In this document: positions 1-12,815 of the stretch, one piece after another
How the letters are laid out: every line of letters begins with the position of its first letter
How positions within the stretch are numbered: the stretch's first letter is position 1
NCBI GenBank assembly: GCA_015680685.1
Contig: MNCI01002026.1
Span: 1 to 64,000, forward strand
DNA: 64,000 nucleotides
Source of the DNA: Gnetum montanum
Lineage: Eukaryota; Plantae; Gnetophyta
Direction of reading: 5' to 3'
Program-made: the position numbers and the translations under genes
Notes under the pieces: generated by a model
What the model was told of the DNA's origin: nothing
Databases searched by the model: none
Seen by the model: only the letters and a program-made list of their open reading frames with translations

Positions 1-1689
1 TATATAGTTAGATAAGTAGATAGGATATTATAATAATAAGTATATTTAGGATAAATTTATTTAAATTAGAAAATAGTTTAATTCCTACAATTAAAACAAG
101 TGGAAGCCTACAAGTGTGACAAGTGGAAGAGGTGACTCATCCACCACTTAGTGAAGATTTTAACAAGTGGTTAGAATGCTACTATAAAAAGATTTTAACA
201 AAAAGAGAGAAAATTGCTTGAAGACTCTTAAAGGGATTTTTAAATTTCTAGCTACTATAAAAAGAGGATTAGGTTGCCTAGGATTTCCTCATCTTCTAAT
301 TCAAGTTGAGTAGAGAAAGGAAGAAGAGAGCTAATTTGAAAGAGGAGATGGATTTTGGGAGAATAATGAGGAAGCCTTTCATTCCTTATGTGATGGGATG
401 TTGGCCATAACGTGTTAAAGGCTTACTTGAAAGCTAGAGCATGTGGAGTACCTAAAGAATGTCCTTTCATGGCTTGGTTAGCTGATGAATTATCATTCCT
501 CATAAGAATATTAGAGATAGAATCAAATATTTGGGGATAATATCAAAATTGCACCTAAGAAGAGGAAAGGAAAAAAGAATAACCAATCAATGAAGATTCA
601 TGGGAAGAAGCCTTTGTATCCTAAGAAGAAGAAGAAGGACCCAATTGGGAAGAACAGAAGAATTAATCTGAGAAAGAAGATGAGAAGATTGCTGAAGAAA
701 AAGCTCAAGGAGATCAAGTTGAAAGCTCCACCAAGCTAGAAAATAATAAAATAGCCTTCATCACATCAGAAATTACCTATGAAAAAGTTAGAGATATTAG
801 GATTCCTACAAGATTAACCCTCACCATTCTATTCCCATCTCAAGAATAGTCCATGGATAAAGGACTTCATAATGTACAGTTTGTTATTTTTTAGGAATGA
901 GGTTTTCATACCACCAAACCTTATGTTTGATGGAAATTTTCCTCCAAAAAGATTTATCTATTTAGCTGTAAGAATTCAATAAAAGCTTTAGTACAGTTCA
1001 GTTTTAAAATGGGGCTTGCATAAATTTCTTTAAGCCTTTTAAAGGGGGCATAAATGTTGGCACATTTTGGCCATTTCATGGAACAGGTTGGCATGATTAA
1101 AGGTTTATGCAATTGGAGAAGTGGCAATAATTTTAGTTTGTAGAAAAAGAGAAATAGCATCTAATCTAAAAAAGAAAGAAAAATGATCAAAGAAAGGCTA
1201 TTATATCTGGTATACAAATCATGTACTCATCGCTATATTATTAGCACTTTTTACCAAAGAAGTAGTGGAAATGATATTTTGTCGTGGTGTTATTAAGGTG
1301 TTATTTTTAATAGAGATGTTTGGTCGTGTTCTATAGTTTTTTTCCATTTATATTTATAGATAATTATTTTAAAAATCAATTATTTGTAGCTTTCTGAATT
1401 TCCTTGAGGAGAAGAGGCATCAACGTATTATTTGTAGCAATAATGCCCATATCCATATCCAAAAACCTCCCCTTTGAAAAATCAAGAAGATTACTAGGGC
1501 ATCAACTACAAGATCTCCAGCTTCTATGAAATTTCAGATAAATTGGAATTCAAAAACCAAATCCACAAAAATGTAAAACAAAAATATTCTTTGAAAATAA
1601 ATAAAAATTGGGAAGCATATTACGTTATTGCTGAACGACACACAAGTGGACAGTAACAAGCAAAAGATAGTGATGGAACAGTGAAGTTC

Positions 1690-1830
1690 ACTTTTACTGC
1701 ATTGTTTCCACAAAATCCAAAATCAATTCATTGCAGATAAGAGCATTCGATTGAAGATCTATTTCTATCCTCTACTTAATAATCTTCATAGCTTCCTCAA
1801 CCTGTCCATGCCTGCACAGTCTAGCAGTTT
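1690..1830 (-). pseudogene. Pentatricopeptide-repeat (PPR, P-type) gene fragment
   Basis: Minus strand translates RLCRHGQVEEAMKIIK*RIEIDLQSNALICNELI, then GFC after a 1-nt shift. This fits the PPR pattern GLC..G.VEEA..L..EM...G..P....YN.LI.GFC; one internal stop. Confidence 0.5.
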
Positions 1831-3419
1831 TAGAGAAATGAACCGAAACAAACCCCAAAAACTTCCATTTACAGTACTATTAGATTACTGTACCTAGATC
1901 ATGAAGAGCAGGGTGTCCTACAATGTGTCATAGTGCAGATTCTACTACGCAAACTTGCAAAATTCAGGATTGGGCTGCACCAAATTGCCGAGATCCAACA
2001 TTTCAGAATTGTAGGAAGCCATTAACAATAGCATGCCAACCCTGTTACAATACACATACAATCTGTCGTTGCCAGAATCCATTGTGACCCTGCCCACCAT
2101 AAAATTGTAGGGAATGAGCAATTTCTATAGGGTCGCTTAAATTCTGCGCACGTAATCTCTATGGAAAGTCCACTTTGCAGGTAGTGCATATGCAAGAAAG
2201 AAACCCTCCAAGTCACTACTTAGTATGGTGATCTTCTGGATTCGCAAATTGTAGAGATGATTGACGAAGCACAAGAAAAAAGAATGGAAGATATTTTATG
2301 GAAATATAAGGTTTTGTTAAAAAACCACTTGGATAAATTACTTCAGGCTAAGAAAGTCATTTCAGAGGAAGAAAAGAATTTCTTTCAGAATTTGCTAAGA
2401 AAAACTGAAAAGTGGTTAAAGGAAAGTAAGATTAATTAGGATAAAGTTTATTTAGAAGAAAAATTTTGAAATTAGGAATTTGCATTCAAAATTCTTGAAT
2501 GCCTAGATAAAGCCATGAAGGAGGCCAAAAAATGGATGCCCAGCTTGGACAGTTATGCAGAGGAAGCCAAATGCTAGAATACGACAGATTATGAAATCAC
2601 AGTTACAGAATGAATACGTGATGCGTGTGAATGTTCCGTTGTACGCTTGGCAACAGAAAGCATATATGAGTATCAAGTTTAGCACTATTGTTGATCGTAT
2701 ACATCCGAGATTTCTTTTAAAAAAAATTTTATTGTCATTGTGAGTAAAGAAGAACGGTGGTTATCCCTAAGTACTAACTACTACATCATTGGAAAATGAA
2801 ATGGGACAATGTGGAAATCGTAGGTGGATATTGCAAAGGAAATTTGGGATGCCACGACATCGATGGAATTGAAGATGAACAAAGCAAGGGTAGTGGTGGT
2901 GTTGTTGCATGTTTGAAAGTAAAGGTATGTGGAAGGAATCAAGAGAGTAGTAATGCTTCCAGAGAAGGTTAATCAATCTAGCATATTCTTCTGGTTCTTT
3001 AGTAATGATCTCTACGACGGTTCACTTAATTGCAAACTTTTTGCTCGACCTCACCAACAAAATTTTTTTCATGTCTGGATTCTTGCAATGATGAACTTGC
3101 AAATAGAAATTACCAAACACAGCAGCGCCCAATGCCAATGCATTCATCATCATCATTACCAATCCATCAGGTGCAGCTACAGAGACACGAAGACATAGCG
3201 AGATAGATGCACAAATGAATTAGCAAAACAAAGAGATTATTTAGCCGATGAATTAGGGTTATGGCTTATTCTAAAGAAAACCATCATCACTAAAAGCAAG
3301 TACAAAACCCAAACACATTAAATCAAAGTAACAAAATAAAATTTCAATTTCATATGGTTTGGTGTGTAAAAATAATTTTAGCATATTTTCTTACATGCAA
3401 CAATTGTATGGAGTGCTTA

Positions 3420-4762
3420 TTGAAATTGGACTAAGGTTAAATAGATTTAAAATATAGAGATCTTAGGTTTATTTGCTAAAATTATTGAAAGAAATATTTG
3501 TAGAATTTGTAAAGACACATGCCAATGTTAGCATGATTTTCTCCTAACTTCATGTATAAGTTATAACTTTCTAACTTGGGCAAGTTATAACTTCCTTACT
3601 TGGGAGAGAAGTTACCCAAGATATTTTCTAATATCTAACTACCTTTGGACTGTATAAAAAGGCTTCAAAGGTAGGAAGAAAAATGTCTCACTTTTGTGTC
3701 TTGGTGGCTAAGGGAAGAGCATTGGAAGAAGAAGACATTGTGAGAGATTGCTTGTAAGATGACTTGCTAAAGACAACATTTCAGCCTCTCTATCATAATT
3801 TTGTGAGTTATGTTTATTTTTTATTTTGTTTAAATTGTTTAGCTNGTTCTGTGAGTTATGTTTATTTTTTATTTTGTTTAAATTGTTTAGCTAGTGGTTT
3901 ATATAGTATCATGCTTGGAAAAATTTTTTGGGATTTTTATATTGATCTTATTGTTCTTGTTGCATGATAGAAAATTTCAATTAAAATTTTTCTATAGAAG
4001 AGCTTGTGTTTAAAAGCCTTAAGAGCATTTTAGTAGTGAATTTTATTATTTTGCAATGTATAAGAAACAGTATTGAGATTGTTGTAAGAGAGCCTCTACA
4101 TGTAGTCAAGCCGTTGAATGATTCAATAGTCAAGAGGATTCAGAAAATATTTGGTATTTTGATAGGACCAGAATAGCTTCTTTTATCTTTAAAGTGAATC
4201 TCCATGGTATTTCAATCAAACATTGTTAAGTATTTTGAAGGTTCCGTTGAATGCAATTGTTGACATCCATTATCTAGCCAAAATAGAGTCTAGTACATGA
4301 TAGTTTATGCAAAAATTGTTTGGGTAGCATAGTAGGATCTTCTTGAAGAAATTACTTATTTGAGCCTTGGAAGTTTGAACAATTCTTAGTTATTGAATTT
4401 GGGATAGCTTTATTTCGAAGTGTTTACTCGTATCATTTTACCTTGTTTAAACATTTGAGATCTTTACACAAATCTGCTTTCTTCCTCCTTTTTATTTCCA
4501 TTGAATCTTTCTTTATTTCTAGTTTTCTTGTGGAACCATCTCTTTCTCTAGGGAAAATTAGAAGTAGATTCATGGAGTTATGCTCAACTGTTTTTGCAAA
4601 ACTTTATTTGTTACAAGTAGGTATTATAAGGACCGCATACACTAGGCAGTTGAACAAAATAGGAACTCTCAACAACACACAGTACTTTGCAAAGTTGGTT
4701 GAATCTCTTTAAGATAAGTCATTTATAGTTTTACACAAAACCCAATCTTTTCATTTTTCACA
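3420..4762 (+). mobile_element. Probable LTR remnant (Copia-like), abutting and truncating element B
   Basis: Repeated palindrome AAGTTATAACTT (about 3558-3593), TATA-like TGTATAAAAAGG at 3651, ends in CA near 4760 inside the last recognisable intron of B's antisense gene. No partner LTR or TSD found; boundaries approximate. Confidence 0.35.
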
Positions 4763-4783
4763 ATAGCACATACACATACTCAC

Positions 4784-7700
4784 ATTAACTACTGAGTCTA
4801 TTTGGAGGTATCTAGGCCTTGGTGTTGCCAGAGATCAGCAAGCACCTAAATCCTGTTCAAGGACACTCATTGGCGATCATGTCCTAAACGGTCGCCAACA
4901 ATTGTTCAACTAACTCCTCTTTGAGCTAGTTTAGGTAGGCCTCATGATTAACCTTATATTGCCACTTGTGATGCTTTTTTCTCCTACCCCACTCTAGGAC
5001 CCCAAGCATAGTGTTCTTTCTAATTCTCAACGTTTTGGGAGATGAGGTTCATTTGCATCTATTATTCTACCATCTCATGTGATAGCACTGCTTTATCCCA
5101 AATGGAATGCCAATAGGGGACCCATGTGATCTCTTTAGTTTGTAATTCCCTTATATTAGCCACTTGGGCTTCCACAAAGGCCTTGCGGTCCTTGAGCTCT
5201 CTAATTATCGCCTCCTACTATTGAATTTTTTCCCTCAAGGCCAAAATTTGCTCCCATAGAGATTTTTTGGACCTCTTCAACTAGCATGAAGTTTTGGCAC
5301 ACAACATTACTAGATCAATAGAAATCTCATATAACTTCAAGAGTATACTAGAGACATTAGAGGGAAGCTTTGGCAAGGAGTCCATCTTAATGTCTCAGCT
5401 GGGGTTCCACGCCATAGAAGGCACTACATAATCATAAAATACAACCATAAACATAGCATGTAACCTATGATAACCATAATATAAATCTTGTGACATAGCA
5501 AAATAAATAAGGCATAGAAAACAAAGTTCTTTTCTATGTTAGGTGCAACTTGGTGTAACTGGTCAATGATGTCCTTAGCCATCTTGTGCATGAATTCGAC
5601 CTTGTTCGAGACCTCTACCCATGGTTTCACATGAAACTTAGGGATAGGGGCATGAATTGGTGGCTCAAGAACTACTATAACCATAACAATCATTGAATGG
5701 TTAAGATGAAAATCAAACATAAAATAATAATACATAACAAGAAATGTAAATACATGTGCATACTCGGCTCCTTCTCCTCTTCCTCTAGGATGATGATGAG
5801 AGATGTGCTTGGTACTACCTCATTGAACAAGGCAACTAGATCAACATTGGTAAACCCTTCAACCTCATGTTGTTATAAGAGTGTCTTCTCTACACATCTT
5901 TGTTCAAAATTGGCTATAGTAGCTGCATGTCTCTATGCCTCCTCCTTCACAATAACTTGGGTTGCAATGATCTAGTTCTTGTCTATAAACATAACACATA
6001 AAAAATTGATTAGCACTAGAAATTGTAATGTAGCCATAAGAAATTAAAATATAGAATAGCTAACATGTAAATAAATCTTACCTATGACTACTTGCTCTAA
6101 TGACTTAAACTTAAACTTAAGCTTCTTTGTGGTAGGCTGGTTTGATGTTGGTGGTGGTTCCTTTATGGGCCTCTTGAGCTTTGCCCTAGCTTTCCCTTTA
6201 GCTTCTTTGTGTTACCATTTGGCCTTTAGGATGCTCATTGAGATTGTGAGGGGCTCCTTCTCCATGCTTTCATGGGATTGGCATGGTGTAGCATCAAAAT
6301 CCTTGGTGGTAATGGACAATGAATCCTCCATCCCCTTTGGTGGATTTTGGGCCTATACTGTTGGATAAATGTGCCTTATCGAAGGTTTATAAATCTAGTC
6401 TTGGTCTTAAGACATCCATCATTCATTCCTTCATAGCACCAAGAATTCTAAAAACCTCTTCAAGTAACTTGCAAAAATGCAAAATGCATGTGGATGATCA
6501 TAGAGGTTTCCTTATGGACTCTAAGGATCTCATCCTGATGTCCAACAACCAAAGCAGCTACTCTATTGAACCTGATGTCATCTATTAGGGCATTTTAAAA
6601 GGTCTGCCCCTATGTGATGTTGATTACCTTCTTTTGTGATAATAGTTTAGGAAATTCATGGGACCTATTCATGAAGTTATCCATGAAAATTCCAAAGTGT
6701 CCCCTTCTAGCACCAAGCCACTCCAAAAATTTCTCATGATGGTTACTTCCTTCACTATTCTAGTGGCAACCTTTACCCCATCAGTGGGGACATCAAACAA
6801 GTTGCAAAAGGTGCTTCCATCAATGGCTATGGTAATCAAAACACCTCAAATGATGGTGCAGAGGCTATTAACTTCTTCATTGAAGGAGTCAATGACATTT
6901 AGCATCTTTGTGGTGGGAATGGAAAGGATAGGTGCCATAAACAAATCAAACAAAGTCACATGCTGAATTTTTGATTGAATCTACCTAGGCACCTATCCCC
7001 TCAACCACACCTGTGCTGGTATCACCTCACCAAATGTCATGATGAGGGTATCCTCATGATGTCTTGTAAGTGACAAGGTAACATCAGCAAAGGTTGAGGG
7101 TCTTGCAAGGAAACAACCAATACTTAGCATCAACATAAGTAAATTTAACAACTAGTTAAAATGATAGAATGCTTGGAATATTTATAACCATAAAAAATTA
7201 GAAGCTATAATCTTTATGTTCATCCTTTTTCTTTCTCTTCGGTGTGGTTTGAGTAGAGGTACTAGCTGCTAGGATCTAATCCAAGGAGCTCTTGGAGACC
7301 ACCCACTAGTTATGTATCATCCTCTCATCCACACACTTCTTGTAGACAAGGTTGAATATACTAGTTTATTCATCAATGTCTCATCTTAACTATTCATACA
7401 CAACAATTTTTATCTAGGAGCCCTTGGTAAATACATCTAAGGTAGTTTGAGCTACCACCAAGGTTTGATAATTAGTAATCAAGCCTTAATCGTTGATCCT
7501 ATATCTGCAAGAAGTTCACAAAATCAATGAAGTTGGCAAAGGTAGTTTATCTAATAAAGCTAAAAAAATAAAAATACTATAATAACCATGTTCACCCTTG
7601 TAGATGGTACATGGTACCAAGTGCATTCTAGAATAATGTATGGGCTCTATGTGCCACCATCAAAGAATTGTTAGTATTATATTGACTATACTGTCACATA

Positions 7701-8040
7701 GTCTAGATCTCCATGAGGTAACATGGACTAATCATGTTTGTAGTTTTTCCTATTGTCTTAGGAGATTCCTTGTTAGTAATAATCCTGGCAACCAGATTGG
7801 ATGCCCAAGGAATTAGTGTTTCCACTATGATCCTAACCACATTCATGGACAAGTGTGACCACAACATCACACTAAAGTTTTGAAAAATGTAAGGAATTCC
7901 CTTATGCCTAGCTAGAACCATAATGAGACCTTGGCTAAGGTCATATTGGGTAGAGGGGTATTGGCCTTGGGTTGGCCAATGTAGCATAGGATGCCTACTA
8001 ACTCCACGATGATGAGTATGGGCTTTAGAGGAACCCTACA
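4784..8040 (-). pseudogene. B antisense multi-exon gene (FCP1-like pseudophosphatase + PMD/Transposase_32-like + coiled coil), decayed
   Basis: Blocks homologous to A: KPILIIVELVGIL, FSVMLWSHLS, AHRAHTLF*NALGTMY, LFDLF..KMLNVIDSFNEE..NLFDVP, WVEVSNKVEFM..IIDQL, AWNPS. GT donors at 7595, 6081, 5763 and 4783. Confidence 0.8.
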
Positions 8041-9874
8041 TGACAAAACAAAAATATTAGGACCGATTGAAACTACTTAACAAGTTTGTAAAAACATCCT
8101 AGTTAGAGGTGAAATTAGCCCTTGTAAAAAGATCTAAGTATTTATTAAAATTTTCTTAATGAATTCATGCCAAAAAATTACAACCTTTCATAGCCTTGTA
8201 CATCATGGCCAAAACATTATAGCCTAGACAACACAACAAGTTGATGCATAGCCAAACATGAAATCTAAAAAATAGCCATTAGCATAAACATTAAAAAAAA
8301 TAGAAAAAATACTTATAGCTATTAAAATCAAATTTAGAACATCAAAAAAATTTCATAAAATCCACAAAGACATGAAAGTTGATATGAGAAACCTCTACAC
8401 ATGTCAATCACATCCATCTCTAAAGGGGTCAAGTGCTACAACCAAAATTTAACATTGTTGACATAGCCATAACCAAAAATTCATTAAAAATTCATTCAAG
8501 CTCCAATTCTAGTGATTCTAACAAGAAAGTAATCCTTAAATCATGATCCTTCTAGCCATAGCCATTACAACTAGAAATACATAACCATATTTTTCATAAA
8601 ATATTACCAAAGCTAGGAAAAATTGTAGCCATCACCATTAATTGCCTTTCGTGCAAGGTTGGGAGAAAGCTTATTAGAAATCTTTTTGAGATTAAAAAAA
8701 AAGTGATTCAACCATTATTTTAACACTTGAATTGATCCCTACACACCCATAATTTACAAAAATTTATAACCCTTGCCATTTGATTAGAAAAAAATTATTA
8801 ATTTGGATAAAAATCTAGAAATAGTACAAACCTCGATTTGACACAAGTTTAATGAAAAATTCATTAAATTTTTTTTCTAATCCAAATAGAGTGATTCCAC
8901 ACCTATTAGAAAGTTGAATCCAAGACACAACTAGCCATGAACAAAACTTAGCAAAAACCCTTTCAAGTTAGGAAAAATTCATGAATCTACATGGAATTCT
9001 AAAAATGGCATGAAAAACCTAATTGCATGACCTCACAAAAATAGCGATAACTTCATCATTATTAACCCAAATTGAATGCGAAAATAGCCATGGGAAAGCT
9101 TAAATGTAGCACTAAAAGCCTATAACATCAAATATTAAAATTATGTAGTTTTTTCTTAATAAAAAATATACAACATTACTTGCATTTTTCATGCAAAAAT
9201 CAACAAAAAAAGCTTAAAATTCATAAAGCCTAATTTAACAAAGCCATGAAAAATAGTCAAAACAGCCTAAATAATTGATATCCATTTTAAAAAATCAAGA
9301 AGAGGGGGAAATGTTTTGTTGAAATTTACTTTTGATGAATCTTTTAGCCTAGATCTAAGAAAAATGGTTGTATCCGCAAATTTATGGAAAAAACATGAAA
9401 ATAGCATGCCTAATTTTAAAATTCAAATCTACCAAAGCCAGAATAATGAAATGACCATAGCTCTATGTAGAAACAAAAAAAATAAGAGATGGAATTTCAT
9501 TGAAATTTCATTTTAACCCCTCTATTAGTGTAGATTTGAAAAAAATGGCCCCACATATGGTAAGAAAAATAAGAAAATTGGCTAGAAAGTAAGAAAAAAA
9601 TGGCTAGAATTGCCTAGCTTGGAGTAGCCATGGATGAAACTTGGATTGAAATGGATCTAGGTAACCCTGATAGGTCCTTGGCATGCTCATCCACCTTCTA
9701 AATTATGGGATTCCAATTCTTCCCTCCACACTTCTTGGGCACCATAGTTGTTGCACCATGGCTAGGAATGGTTGAAATATGGGAAGAATGGACGTCCAAC
9801 ACTAGCTGAAATGTAGATTGGAGGCTTCCAAATTGAAGATTGATGCTCTCTACAATAAGAAATCTCTACCTAGT

Positions 9875-11167
9875 TGTGCTGTCTGAAATCCTCAGTGCAC
9901 AACTCGAATGAAATGGACACCAAGAGGTCCACAGACAGGAACAGAAGACTCTACCTTCGCTTGAGGGCAAGTTGGAATTGACAAAGGTAGAGTACCTTGG
10001 ATGGTTTGCACATGGATCAGATAAGGATTTACCCAACATACACTAATGCATGATACATTGGGTTATGTGTAAACAGCATAATAAATGTACACTAGAACGT
10101 GAAACGTGCAGGGATGTAAATGGGAGATAGACAAAAATGAATGAAAACTATAGCAAATCTTAGCAAAAAAAATGTAGCAATATTATTGCATGATGAAAAT
10201 TACAATGCATTGGTCTAAACACAGTTATGGATCTGACACAAGGCGGACGAAGAGCCCCGGTGGATGCAGAGGGATAATGGTATGCTGGTCTCAGTTATAG
10301 GCATAGCGTGAAGGCTGTATGCTCAGCATGCAGGGTTGAAGTCCAACATGCAGGATTGGTGTTCTGATTTGCTAAGTGTTCTCAGGTTTTTTATCTCGAG
10401 TTTGCCCAAAATTTCCAACCCCGATCTAGTGAAAAATTGGGGTTTTTATGAGGTTTCTTTGGGCGTTGAATTCGGATCTGGAAAGGTATGAGTGGTTGTG
10501 GGATGTTAGAATTTCGAATTGGGTGACATGTGGAGCATTAACCAAGTGCAAAAGAATAAAACTTTACAAGTGTACAGCGTGAACCATGCCAGCATGTACA
10601 TGCTGGGCATATACGCTAGGCGTACACGTTCCACACGCTTGACAATGTGTGGATAAGCATGAAGAATTCCTGATCAAATTTTGAATTGTGGAGCTATTTT
10701 GCACCCCGATCTAGATGTTTGATGTCCCAAGGATGCTGTCTATCAAATTTAGGCTCATTTGAACTGGATTTGACATGGTTCTAGAGGACCTTCATTGATG
10801 TACATTGTGCTGCACATTGGATGGTGCACGTGGGGCGTACACGCTAGGCATACACGCTAGGCGTACACGCTAGGTATACACACTGGGCGTACACGCTAAG
10901 CGTACATGTTGGGTGTACACGCTAGGCATGCAGGCTGGGCGTACATGCTGGGCATGCAGGATGCATGCCTAGTAGAAACCAAGTATTTCAGGCTCAAAAT
11001 TTTGGCAGGGTTCGACGCCAGATGTTGCTGTAGTCTGTTGTTAGTCCCGGGGAACCATTTCTTGCTCAGTTCGACACCGTCTAAAGCTTCATTCATGCTG
11101 GGGAGCATCATGACCTAGCTTGATTCTTGTTAGAGAAGTACTAAGCTCAAAATTTTGTGGTGTTTCA
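9875..11167 (-). repeat. A 3' LTR
   Basis: Direct repeat of 26917-28162; begins TGAAACACCAC on the minus strand, next to the PPT. Confidence 0.95.
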
Positions 11168-11185
11168 TTGGCCCCTCTTTGTTGA
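11168..11185 (-). other. A polypurine tract
   Basis: Minus strand CAACAAAGAGGGGCCAA directly precedes the LTR; nearly identical in B. Confidence 0.85.
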
Positions 11186-12461
11186 CACTTGGAGGAATCA
11201 ACCTGAGAAGCGTCGATAAAGAAGTAGAAAACACCACAAGCGACCTGGTAGAAACATCATCCTTTGGGACTTGGCCAGATGTCATTGCACCAAGTTCAGT
11301 AGTACATGTGGTTGGGGAAATGAAGTTTTTAGCTAGATAGAGGAAATGGAAATTGTGGGGATTGGGAACTAATCAAGGGATTGTGCATGGTGAAGGGGAT
11401 GCTCTAGTGTGTATACAGGTCACGTTGATCCTTGTCAATAGCCATTGTCTAGCAAACTTGGGACCAAGACATGAGGTGTATGTCCTTTGGTGGAACAAGA
11501 CTCTTATTTAAGGTTTAAGAGGACTTGTTGACATAACCAAAGCCACGATGATGATGTGTTACATTCTTTGGAGGAACAGGACCTCTATTTGGTATTAAAG
11601 AGAACCTGTTGGTGGAGAGCCAAAGCCACGCAATGAGATATTACTTGAGCATTTGAGACTTAAGTACTTGCTTCCAAGACAATTGCCTTCCTACCTAGAG
11701 CTTGTATGGGAAGTGCTAAGGGTCTTGTGTTTCTTTTTATCTTTTTTTTTGATGAACTTTTCTTTGATCTTGTACTCATGCTCAAGTGCCATGTTGTGTG
11801 TTGTAACTACTTAAAAGTGTTGCAATGCACAACGATGTGCTCAATGTTTTGGAATGCACTAGGTGTGTCTGGGGTATGACTAAGTAGAGTATGTTGAGGA
11901 ATAGATGGGAAGTGTAATGGGAAATGTACTAGCGAATGGCTTGATTAACTTGGTTACGTGTATTAGGAACAATATGGTACCTTGCTGCCATGATGAAGCA
12001 TATTCTTGTATGAACACTGCTGAGTGTCATCCTGCAAACACAACTCCAAGAAGACAGGAAAACCATGAGTGAATTAGTAATATATTTGAATAGCAACTGA
12101 TGAAGCAAAGGCACCAAATGAGATTTTAGGCACTAAATGTGAATGGAAGTAATGTTGTTAAGATCAACTAGTGATGAGTGAGGTAGTGGCTCTGATGAAA
12201 TTTGAATGCAGCTATAGATCGAGAGACTAGAGACGAAGCTACCAGTTTATAGTCATAGCGAACTATCGTGGGTTAGTTTTACATCATAACCCATTGGACG
12301 GTGCCAGTTTATCGTCGTAGCAGATAGTACACTACTAGTTTATAGTCTTGGCGGACTGTAAAGAGGCAAACCAGTTTACAGTCTTAGCGAACTTTGGTGA
12401 AAAAATCTATGGTAGTTTAAAGTAATATTTGATGGGTTCTAGTTTATTGTCATTACGGATG

Positions 12462-12795
12462 AATTGTGGTGTTAGTTTATCATCATAACACCAGGACGAG
12501 CTATGGTATTAGTTTACCATCATGACTCTAGAACATTTTGTGGTATCATTTTATCGTCATGATTCTAGGATGAGCTATGGTATCATTTTATCATCATGTT
12601 TCCAGGATGAGCTGTGGTATCAGTTTATCATCATGATTCTAGGATGATATGTGGTATCAGTTTATCGTCATGATTCCAGGATGATCTATGGTATTAGTTT
12701 ATCATCATGCTTCCAGAACGATATGTGGTATCAGTTTATTGTCATGATTCCAGGACAATCTGTGGTATCATTTTATCATCATGATTCTAAGATGA
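12462..12795. repeat. 37-bp tandem repeat (about 9 copies) in the A 3' UTR
   Basis: Unit about TGTGGTATCAGTTTATCGTCATGATTCCAGGATGAGC; GGTAT recurs at 12505, 12542, 12579, 12616, 12653, 12690, 12727 and 12764. Confidence 0.9.
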
Positions 12796-12815
12796 GTGCA
12801 TACCTGAGTTCATGG

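Noticed and set aside
3802-3892. 43-bp direct duplication around the N at 3845
   Set aside because: Flanks a gap character; most likely a contig-overlap artefact.
12462-12795. 37-bp repeats as a CRISPR array
   Set aside because: Head-to-tail units without unique spacers, inside a plant retrotransposon UTR; no cas genes.
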